Positions 15,924 to 22,673 of a stretch of 24,000 nt of DNA are shown here, piece by piece. A model generated the notes under the pieces. It ran no database searches and had not been told where the DNA came from. It saw nothing but the letters and a program-made list of their open reading frames with translations. The number at the start of each line of letters is the position of its first letter. Positions within the stretch are counted from its first letter, which is position 1. Source of the DNA: Kocuria flava (lineage in GTDB: Bacteria; Actinomycetota; Actinomycetes; Actinomycetales; Micrococcaceae); contig NZ_CP013254.1 of NCBI RefSeq assembly GCF_001482365.1, positions 370,548 to 394,547 of the forward strand, read 5' to 3'. Position numbers and translations under genes: made by a program.

Positions 15924-16043
15924 CGCTCCCGCCGCACCGGGACCGTGCACGCCCCGCTGCACCCGTCCACCGACCACGTCGCGGTCCTGCCCGCGCTCGC
16001 CGGCCCGCCGGGCCCGCGCGGCACGGAGCCGGCCGTGCCGGGA

Positions 16044-18425
16044 TCAGTCGAGGACCGGCAGCTCCGTGGTCTCGAAGCGCTCGCGGAAGAACGCCGGGTT
16101 GCGGCGGTGCTGGAGGACCATGACGACGACGCCGAGCAGCAGGATCCCCACGCCGAGGACGAAGACCAGGCCCACCCCGCCGATCGCCGACCCGGAGCCG
16201 TAGTCCGGGTCCATGGAGTCCCAGGAGGTCTGCACGAAGAAGACCAGCAGCAGGATCCCGCCCAGCAGCGGGGCGAGGAACTGGGCCAGGAAGGCCTTCG
16301 CGCTGCGGCGGGACTGCCGGCGGAAGTACCACACGCAGGCCAGGGCCGTGACGCCGTAGTAGAAGCAGACCATCATGCCCAGGGCGGTGATGGTGTCCCA
16401 CAGGACGTTCTCGGAGACCACGCGCATCACCGCGTAGAACACGGCGGTGACCACGGCGGCGGCCACGGTCGCGTAGCCCGGGGACTGGAAGCGCGGGGCG
16501 ATGCGGGCGTAGCGGGAGGGCAGCGCCCCGTAGTGGCCCATGGCGAGCATGGTGCGGGCCGGGGAGACGAAGGTGGACTGCAGCGAGGCCGCCGAGGAGG
16601 AGAGCACCGCGAGGGACATCAGGATCGCGAAGGGGCCCATGACCGGCCCGGCGAGCGCGGCGAAGATGTTCTCCTGGATCTCCTCGTTGCCCAGGCCCAG
16701 CCCCTCCTCGGCCACCCCGGAGTAGCTGAGCACGGCCAGGGCGATGGTGAGGTAGAGGGTGACGATCACGAGGATCGTGGCGATCGCGGCCCGCCCCGGG
16801 GTGGTCGCGGCGCCGCGGGTCTCCTCGTTGATGGTCAGCACCACGTCCCAGCCCCAGTAGATGAACACCGACAGGGAGACCCCGGCCGCCAGCGCGGAGA
16901 AGGAGTCGATGCCGAGGGGGTTGAACCACTCGGCCCGGATCGTGAGGCCCTCGAAGGCGGTGCCGCCGGCCACGTGGCCGAAGGCGGCCGCCGAGAACCA
17001 GAGCAGCACGACGATCTGGAAGGCCACGAGCACGTACTGGACGGCCTTGGTGGTCTCCATGCCGCGGTAGGAGATCCAGGCGGCGAGGGCCACGAACGCC
17101 AGGCAGGTGGCGATGTTGACGGGGACGCTGCGGGTCAGCCCGGCGAGCGCGTCGTTGCCCGTGAGCTGGGCGAGGGCGAGGTAGAAGAAGTCCACCGCGA
17201 TCCCGGCGAGGTTGGAGAGCACGAGGATCGTGGCGGCGAGCAGCCCCCACCCGCCGAGCCAGCCGACCCAGGGGCCGAAGGCCTTGGAGGCCCACGTGAA
17301 GGTGGTGCCGGAGTCGGGCATGGCCCGGTTGAGCTGGCGGTAGCCCACGGCCACGAGCAGCATCGGCAGGAAGCCGATGAGGAAGATGGCGGGCAGGGAG
17401 GTGCCCACCACGGAGGCGGTGGGGCCCAGGGCCCCGGAGAGGGTGTAGGCGGGGGCGATGCAGGAGACCCCGATGACGACGGAGCCGAGCAGCCCCACGG
17501 AGCCGGTCCGCAGACCCTTGCGGTGGTCGGTGCCGTGCTCCCCGGCGGGGGCGGCCGCGCTGGTGCCGGTGTCCGGGACGGCCTCCGGGTCCGGCCGGGG
17601 CACGACGACCATCGGCACGGGCAGGTGGGCGAGGACGCGGGCGGCGGTGCCGCCCAGGAAGATCTGCCGGCCGCGGGCGAGCCGGGAGGAGCCGATGAGC
17701 AGGATCCCGCCGGGGGCCCAGTCCACGGCGCGCACGGCCTTCTTCAGGGAGGGGCCGGCGGCGACCTCGACCGTGACGGGGTTGGTGCGGCGCACCGCGG
17801 CCGCGGCCTCCTCGAGGTGGTGCTGGACCGCCCGGCGGGCGGCGTCGTCGTCCTCGCGGGGCAGGAAGGAGAGCAGCACGAGCTCGAGGTCGCTGCGTCC
17901 CACCGCCCGCGCGGCCTCGTCGAGGACCTGGTGGGCGCCGGGGCGGGTGCCCACCGCGGCGTAGAGGCGGGTCAGCGGGGTCTCCCCGCGGTAGCGGCGC
18001 GGGGCGAGCGCGACGGGCACCGGGGAGCTGTGCAGCAGGGCGTCGACGGCCGGGCCCAGGGACAGGCGCCCGGTCCCGGAGTTCGACCCGACCACGATCA
18101 GCCGGGCGCCGAGCTCCTCGGCGGCCTCGACGAGCCCGCCGGCCACGGAGTCGGCCTCGCGCAGGTGGGTGCGCACGACGACGTCGTCGGGCACGAGCGC
18201 CGCCGCCTCCTCCAGCCACCGCCGGCCCTGGGTGCGCAGCACCGGGGAGATGTCCCCGACGGGCGGGTAGACCTGCTGGAAGGGGTCGTCGCGGCGCAGC
18301 ACGAGCACGAGGTCGAGCTCGGCGCCGAAGGCGCGGGCCATCGCGGCGCCCAGGCGCACGGCGTCGCGGCTGCGCTTGTCCCCGGCGCAGCCGACGACGT
18401 AGCGCACGGGCCCGGGGGCGCTCAT
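16044..18425 (-). CDS. Fusion protein: N-terminal tandem USP domains plus C-terminal APC-superfamily amino acid/polyamine permease, 793 aa
   Basis: This is the last 793 aa of track ORF 16044..20420. ATG 18423-18425 overlaps the puo stop (ATGA). Residues about 1-295 form two USP-like domains (VRYVVGCAGDKRSRDAVRLG...LIVVGSNSGTGRLSLGPAVDALLHSSPVPVALAP; ...ILLIGSSRLARGRQIFLGGTAARVLAHLPVPMVVVP). These continue without a stop into a 12-TM APC permease (GLLGSVVIGVSCIAPAYTLSG...SGTTFTWASKAFGPWVGWLGGW...). Confidence 0.8.
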   Translation of the reverse strand: MSAPGPVRYVVGCAGDKRSRDAVRLGAAMARAFGAELDLVLVLRRDDPFQQVYPPVGDISPVLRTQGRRWLEEAAALVPDDVVVRTHLREADSVAGGLVEAAEELGARLIVVGSNSGTGRLSLGPAVDALLHSSPVPVALAPRRYRGETPLTRLYAAVGTRPGAHQVLDEAARAVGRSDLELVLLSFLPREDDDAARRAVQHHLEEAAAAVRRTNPVTVEVAAGPSLKKAVRAVDWAPGGILLIGSSRLARGRQIFLGGTAARVLAHLPVPMVVVPRPDPEAVPDTGTSAAAPAGEHGTDHRKGLRTGSVGLLGSVVIGVSCIAPAYTLSGALGPTASVVGTSLPAIFLIGFLPMLLVAVGYRQLNRAMPDSGTTFTWASKAFGPWVGWLGGWGLLAATILVLSNLAGIAVDFFYLALAQLTGNDALAGLTRSVPVNIATCLAFVALAAWISYRGMETTKAVQYVLVAFQIVVLLWFSAAAFGHVAGGTAFEGLTIRAEWFNPLGIDSFSALAAGVSLSVFIYWGWDVVLTINEETRGAATTPGRAAIATILVIVTLYLTIALAVLSYSGVAEEGLGLGNEEIQENIFAALAGPVMGPFAILMSLAVLSSSAASLQSTFVSPARTMLAMGHYGALPSRYARIAPRFQSPGYATVAAAVVTAVFYAVMRVVSENVLWDTITALGMMVCFYYGVTALACVWYFRRQSRRSAKAFLAQFLAPLLGGILLLVFFVQTSWDSMDPDYGSGSAIGGVGLVFVLGVGILLLGVVVMVLQHRRNPAFFRERFETTELPVLD

Positions 18426-19879
18426 CGTGCCGCCCCCGTCAGCGCGGTCCCGGCCGCGCCCGCGGGGACCTGCCCGAGCACCTCGGCGGCGGCCAGCCGG
18501 CCCTGGCGCAGGGCGCCGTCGACGTGCTGGTAGCCCTCGGCGGCGAGGTCGGAGCACGCCCAGCGGATCGGGCCGACCGGGGTGCGCTGGTGGGCGCCGT
18601 AGCGGTGCAGGCCGCCGAGGTCGTAGCTCGCGGCGTAGGCGCCGCGGGTCCACTCCTCGGAGCCGAAGTCGGACTCGTAGTAGACCACCGGGTGCAGGGC
18701 CTCCTCCCCGAGGTAGTGGGAGATCGACTCGAGGATCAGCCGCCGGCGCTCCCCGGCGGGCAGGCCGAAGAGCTCGTCGGCCTTCTCGTCGGAGACGAAG
18801 CCGACCAGGGTGCCGCGGGGGTCGTCGTGGTTGGTGTTGTCGTAGACCTCCTGGGCGAGCTCGTGGGCGCCGAAGCCGGTGCCGGACAGGCCCTTGTCCC
18901 GCCAGAAGGGCGTCTCGTAGACGGCGTGGACCTTGATCACGAGGCCCAGGGACTGGTGCTGGTGCATCTGGTGCTGCAGCCGCGGCAGGGGCGGCTCGAA
19001 GGAGATCCGGGAGTAGAGGTTCGGGGGCACGGCCACGACCACGTCCTTCGCGACCACGGTGAGCCGGTCGGACCAGACCGTGACCGGGGTGCCGGGCACG
19101 TGCTCGGCGTAGGTGTCCTCCGGCCCGCCCCACCGGACGGTGCGCACGGGGGTGTTCAGGAAGACGACGTCCTCGCCGAGCTCGGCCGCCATCGCCTCGG
19201 AGACGGACTGCATGCCGCCGATCACCCGGCGGTCGAGGATGAAGTCCTCGTCCACGAGGTTCGAGAAGGACCCGGCGGAGGCGGCCATGAGCACGGCCTG
19301 CAGGGCGGAGAACGCGTGGGCGGGCTTGGTGAGCATCCCGCCGGCCACGAAGATGCCGATGTTCTCGCAGGCCCGCTCGTCGTCGGAGTGGGCCCGCAGC
19401 CAGGCGTGGAAGGAGACGGTGTCCAGCTCGCGGGCCCGCGGATGGGCCCACGGCTCGGCGGCGCCGATCTCGGCGGCGAGCTCGTCGAGGATCCCGATGA
19501 GCCTGCCCATCTCGGCGACCGTGGCCTCCCCGGCCGGGAACATCGAGCCGGTGTAGGTGTGCCGGCTCCCGTCCGGGGCGAGGTAGACGGAGGCGCCCTC
19601 GCGGTAGCGGGGGAAGGTCTCCAGGCCCAGCTCGTCGACGAGGGCCAGCAGCTCGGTCTGGTCCGGGGAGACCCACTGCCCGCCGATCTCCAGGAACGCC
19701 CCGTCGACGGTGCGCGACCAGGTGCGCCCGCCCACGCGGTCGCGGGCCTCGAGCACGGCCACCGACCGCCCGGCCGCGGCGAGGGTGCGCGCGGCCATCA
19801 GGCCCGCGGGCCCGGCGCCGACGACGACGACGTCCCGCTCGATCGCCCGCTCGCTGCCCAGGGTGCGCTGATCCGACAT
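18422..19879 (-). CDS. puo: Putrescine oxidase (FAD-dependent amine oxidase), 485 aa
   Basis: This lies within track ORF 18422..20152. ATG 19877-19879 is preceded by AAGGAGA (19885-19891). It has the dinucleotide-binding motif DVVVVGAGPAGLMAARTLAAAGRSVAVLEARDRVGGR. Long stretches match my memory of actinobacterial putrescine oxidases: EIGGQWVSPDQT, GGMLTKPAHAFSALQAVLMAASAGSF, HQMHQHQSLGLVIKVHAVYETPFWR and EEWTRGAYAAS. Confidence 0.92.
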   Translation of the reverse strand: MSDQRTLGSERAIERDVVVVGAGPAGLMAARTLAAAGRSVAVLEARDRVGGRTWSRTVDGAFLEIGGQWVSPDQTELLALVDELGLETFPRYREGASVYLAPDGSRHTYTGSMFPAGEATVAEMGRLIGILDELAAEIGAAEPWAHPRARELDTVSFHAWLRAHSDDERACENIGIFVAGGMLTKPAHAFSALQAVLMAASAGSFSNLVDEDFILDRRVIGGMQSVSEAMAAELGEDVVFLNTPVRTVRWGGPEDTYAEHVPGTPVTVWSDRLTVVAKDVVVAVPPNLYSRISFEPPLPRLQHQMHQHQSLGLVIKVHAVYETPFWRDKGLSGTGFGAHELAQEVYDNTNHDDPRGTLVGFVSDEKADELFGLPAGERRRLILESISHYLGEEALHPVVYYESDFGSEEWTRGAYAASYDLGGLHRYGAHQRTPVGPIRWACSDLAAEGYQHVDGALRQGRLAAAEVLGQVPAGAAGTALTGAAR

Positions 19880-19898
19880 GGTGATCTCCTTCACTCCA

Positions 19899-19916
19899 AA
19901 ATGAATTAGGTTCATT
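19899..19916. promoter_or_regulatory. Candidate TetR operator 1 (A-AATGAA-ttagg-TTCATT) upstream of puo
   Basis: This is a perfect 6+6 inverted repeat with a 5-nt spacer, forming an AT-rich island in a ~72% GC context. It sits 8 nt upstream of the puo SD, in the puo/tetR divergent spacer. The same motif recurs at 22216-22233. Confidence 0.55.
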
Positions 19917-20051
19917 AAGAGGCACCGGCGGCATCCCGTCAAGACCCCTCCCGCGGCGGGGGGGCCTACACTCGACGGGAACCCCGCCGGACCCGCCGCG
20001 CGAGCTGCCGCCCGCGGCCCACGACGCCCGACCCCAGGAGGAGACCCGACC

Positions 20052-20717
20052 GTGGCCCCTGCCGCACCCCCCGCCCGCGGGCGCGGGCGCCCCAGCCGCC
20101 CCGTGCTCTCGACGGAGCGGATCACGGACGCGGCGATCCGCATCGTGAGCACCCGCGGCTACCGGCACCTGACCATGACCGGGCTCGCCCGGGAGCTGGA
20201 GGTCTCGACCTCGGCGCTGTACAACCACACCCCGTCCAAGCGCGACGTGCTCATCCGCGTGCAGGACCGGATCAACGACGGCATCGACTGCTCCGGCTTC
20301 GGGACCCTGCCCTGGGACCGAGCCCTCGAGCTGTGGGCCCGGTCCTACCGCGACTGCTACGCGGAGCACACGGCCATGATCCCGGTCATGGCCGTGCTGC
20401 CCGTCGCCGACTCCCCGCACACCCTGCGGATGTACGAGACGGTCGCGCGCGGGCTGGCCGAGGCCGGTTTCGCCGGCGGGACGGTCGTGGACGTCGTCGT
20501 GGCGGTGGAGTCGTTCGTCTTCGGCTCGGCCTACGACGCCACCGCGCCCGCCGAGATCTTCGAGCCCGGCGACCGGGCCGAGCTCGCCCCGGTGTTCACC
20601 CGCTCCGCCCGGGCGCGCCCGGCCGACCCCCGGGCCGCCGCGGACCGGGCCTTCGACGTGGGCCTGGGTGCGATGCTCGAGGGCTTCCGGGCGCGCCTGG
20701 CGGCCGGCCGGGACTGA
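20052..20717 (+). CDS. TetR/AcrR family transcriptional regulator, 221 aa
   Basis: Track ORF. It has the N-terminal HTH region ITDAAIRIVSTRGYRHLTMTGLARELEVSTSALYNHTPSKRDVL and a TetR-type helical C-terminal domain. The GTG start is preceded by AGGAGGAG (20036-20043). It is divergent from puo. A possible -10 box, TACACT, lies at 19967-19972. Confidence 0.85.
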   Translation: MAPAAPPARGRGRPSRPVLSTERITDAAIRIVSTRGYRHLTMTGLARELEVSTSALYNHTPSKRDVLIRVQDRINDGIDCSGFGTLPWDRALELWARSYRDCYAEHTAMIPVMAVLPVADSPHTLRMYETVARGLAEAGFAGGTVVDVVVAVESFVFGSAYDATAPAEIFEPGDRAELAPVFTRSARARPADPRAAADRAFDVGLGAMLEGFRARLAAGRD

Positions 20718-20735
20718 GGCCCGGCCGGGCGCCCC

Positions 20736-22169
20736 TCAGACGTCGAGGGCGTGCATCACGTGCTTGACCTGGGTGTACTCCTCGAGGGAGTACAGGGAGA
20801 GGTCCTTGCCGTAGCCGGAGCTCTTCGACCCGCCGTGGGGCATCTCGGCGACGAGCAGGACGTGGGTGTTGACCCACACGCAGCCGAACTCGAGCTCGCG
20901 CGAGACGCGCATCGCGGTGCCGTGGTCGGTGGTCCACACGGACGAGGCCAGGGCGTAGTCGACCCCGTTGGCCAGCTCCAGGGCCTCCTCCTCCGTGGCG
21001 AAGGACTGGACGGTGAGCACCGGCCCGAAGGTCTCCTCCTGCACCAGGACGTCGTCCTGGTGCACGCCGGTGACCACGGTGGGCTCGAAGAAGTACCCGG
21101 CGGCGCCCTCGACGGGGCGCCCGCCCGTGACCACGGTGGCGTGCGCGGGCAGCTCGGCGAGCTTGCGGCAGACCGTCTCGAAGTGGGCGGCGTTGTTGAG
21201 CGGGCCGTAGAAGTTCTCGGCGTCGTCGGCCCGGCCCGTGACGATCCCGCGGGCCGCCTCGGCGAGCAGGCGCACGAACTCGTCGTGGGCGCTGTCCTGG
21301 ACGAGCACGCGCGTGACCGCGGTGCAGTCCTGGCCGGCGTTGAAGGTGCCGAACTCGACGAGCGCCTGCGCGGCGGCGGGCAGGTCGGCGTCCGCGAAGA
21401 CGACGGCGGGGGCCTTGCCGCCCAGCTCGAGGTGGGCGCGGGTGAGGTTGCCCGCCGCGGCCGTGGCCACGGCGCGCCCGGCCCGCACGGAGCCCGTGAT
21501 CGCGACCATCGCCGGGGTGCGGTGCGCGGCCATGAGCGCGCCCGTGGAGGCGTCGCCGAGCACCACGTTGACGACCCCGGCCGGCAGGATCCCGTCGATG
21601 AGCCGGGCCAGCACGAGCGTGGACTCGGGGGTGGTGTCGGAGGGCTTGAGCACCACGGTGTTGCCCGCGGCCAGGGCCGGGCCCAGCTTCCACAGCGCCA
21701 TGAGCAGCGGGTAGTTCCACGGGGTGACCTGGGCGACGACGCCGAGAGGCTCGCGCCGCACGTAGGAGGTGTGCTCGCCCAGGTACTCGGCGGCGGCCCT
21801 GCCCTCGAGGGTGCGGGCGGCGCCGGCGAAGAAGCGCAGGCTGTCGGCACCGGCGGCGACCTCCTCGTCGGCGATCATCTGCCGGGGCTGGCCGGTGTTG
21901 CGGTGCTGGGCCTCGACGAGCTCGGCACTGTGCTCCTCGAGGGCGTCGGCCAGGCGCAGCAGCAGCCGCTGGCGCTCGCCCGGCGTGGTCCGCTTCCAGG
22001 TCCGGAAGGCCTGCTTGGCGGCGGCGAAGGCGGCGTCGACGTCCTGGGCGTCGGAGACCGGCGAGACGGCGACCGCGGTGCCGGTGGCGGGGTCGACGAC
22101 GTCGAGGCGGCCGGTGCCGTGGGCGTCGGTGAAGGCGCCGTCGACGTAGTTCTGGAGCACGTCGCTCAT
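20736..22169 (-). CDS. patD: NAD-dependent aldehyde dehydrogenase, gamma-aminobutyraldehyde dehydrogenase (PatD/Prr)-like, 477 aa
   Basis: This lies within track ORF 20736..22340. ATG 22167-22169 is preceded by GAGAGGA. It has the catalytic Glu (HLELGGKAP) and Cys (FNAGQDCTAV) motifs. Blocks remembered from E. coli PatD are present: PLGVVAQVTPWNYPLLMALWKLGPALAAGN, VWVNTH..V.EMPHGG.K.SGYGKD.S. The N-terminal 57-aa extension in the track ORF crosses the promoter/operator and is rejected. Confidence 0.9.
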   Translation of the reverse strand: MSDVLQNYVDGAFTDAHGTGRLDVVDPATGTAVAVSPVSDAQDVDAAFAAAKQAFRTWKRTTPGERQRLLLRLADALEEHSAELVEAQHRNTGQPRQMIADEEVAAGADSLRFFAGAARTLEGRAAAEYLGEHTSYVRREPLGVVAQVTPWNYPLLMALWKLGPALAAGNTVVLKPSDTTPESTLVLARLIDGILPAGVVNVVLGDASTGALMAAHRTPAMVAITGSVRAGRAVATAAAGNLTRAHLELGGKAPAVVFADADLPAAAQALVEFGTFNAGQDCTAVTRVLVQDSAHDEFVRLLAEAARGIVTGRADDAENFYGPLNNAAHFETVCRKLAELPAHATVVTGGRPVEGAAGYFFEPTVVTGVHQDDVLVQEETFGPVLTVQSFATEEEALELANGVDYALASSVWTTDHGTAMRVSRELEFGCVWVNTHVLLVAEMPHGGSKSSGYGKDLSLYSLEEYTQVKHVMHALDV

Positions 22170-22215
22170 GGTGGGGTCCTCTCTGCGGGGCGGGCGCGGG
22201 GCTGCCGCCCACTGT

Positions 22216-22233
22216 AAATGAGTGCCATTCATT
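22216..22233. promoter_or_regulatory. Candidate TetR operator 2 (A-AATGAG-tgcca-TTCATT) upstream of the aldehyde dehydrogenase gene
   Basis: It has the same half-sites and spacing as 19899-19916, with 11 of 12 half-site positions identical. It lies 47-64 nt upstream of the ATG. On the minus strand it overlaps a TANNNT hexamer (TACAGT). Confidence 0.55.
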
Positions 22234-22344
22234 TTAGTACCCCGGGGTGTGTCCCGCCACACATCCTCCCCCGTCCGGCCCTTCCCCTTCCCCCTGCCCT
22301 TCCGTTCCGCCCCGCCCCTGGGCGCGAGACCCCACGGCAACGGC

Positions 22345-22375
22345 GAACCCCCACGCCGCAGCGGCGTGGGGGTTC
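22345..22375 (-). terminator. Hairpin terminator downstream of yeeD (tusA-like)
   Basis: GAACCCCCACGCCG-cag-CGGCGTGGGGGTTC, a 14-bp perfect stem with a 3-nt loop, 36 nt after the stop at 22411-22413. Confidence 0.55.
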
Positions 22376-22410
22376 GGGGGCGCGACGGGATCCCGCGAGA
22401 AGGGGCGGGG

Positions 22411-22638
22411 TCAGGCCTTCTGGACCGTGATCGACCACTCCGCGGCGCCGCGCTTGGTGAACTCGGTGACCGGGTAGCCGTTCTCGGCGGCCCAGCGCGG
22501 GATCGCCTCGGTGCCCTGGGTGCAGTCGAAGTGGATGACGAGCTCGTCGCCGGCGGGCATCTCGGCCATCGCGGCCTTGGCCTCGACGACGGGGAAGGGG
22601 CAGACGAGGCCGTCGGTCTCGAGGACGTGCTGTGCCAT
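22411..22638 (-). CDS. yeeD: TusA/SirA-family sulfurtransferase (YeeD-like), 75 aa
   Basis: This is the C-terminal 75 aa of track ORF 22411..23823: MAQHVLETDGLVCPFPVVEAKAAMAEMPAGDELVIHFDCTQG.... It carries the CPxP active-site motif. ATG 22636-22638 is preceded by AGGAGGA. It lies directly downstream of yeeE. Confidence 0.8.
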   Translation of the reverse strand: MAQHVLETDGLVCPFPVVEAKAAMAEMPAGDELVIHFDCTQGTEAIPRWAAENGYPVTEFTKRGAAEWSITVQKA

Positions 22639-22673
22639 GAGGGGTTCCTCCTGGGGTGGGGACGGGACGGGGG

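Noticed and set aside
14456-16024. 522-aa minus ORF extending the S4-domain gene upstream across the SBP gene.
   Set aside because: Only the last 125 aa, from ATG 14833 with a GGAGG SD, resemble an S4-domain protein. The remainder is antisense to the well-supported SBP gene.
15358-18533. 953-aa minus ORF (15358-18219) and 926-aa plus ORF (15753-18533).
   Set aside because: These are shadow frames of the USP::APC gene. They have low-complexity Arg/Gly/Pro/His composition.
18426-20420. The upstream 665 aa of the 1458-aa ORF 16044-20420, and the N-terminal extension of the puo ORF to 20152.
   Set aside because: The first is an alternative frame across puo. The second runs through the puo SD, the AT-rich operator and into the tetR gene. 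ATG 19879 has an AAGGAGA SD and yields the canonical FAD-binding N-terminus.
20714-20739. Possible mini-hairpin CTGAGG...CCTCAG that includes both convergent stop codons of tetR and the aldehyde dehydrogenase.
   Set aside because: The outer stem is only 6 bp and the inner part is poorly pairable. It is too weak to call a terminator. I note only that the 18-nt gap leaves little room for one.
20596-22340. ORFs 20596-22212 (-), 20751-22217 (+), 20756-21850 (-), and the 57-aa N-terminal extension of the aldehyde dehydrogenase.
   Set aside because: These are shadow frames of the dehydrogenase. The extension (MPWGLAPRGGAERKGRGKGKGR...) crosses the operator and the polypyrimidine tract and lacks coding character.
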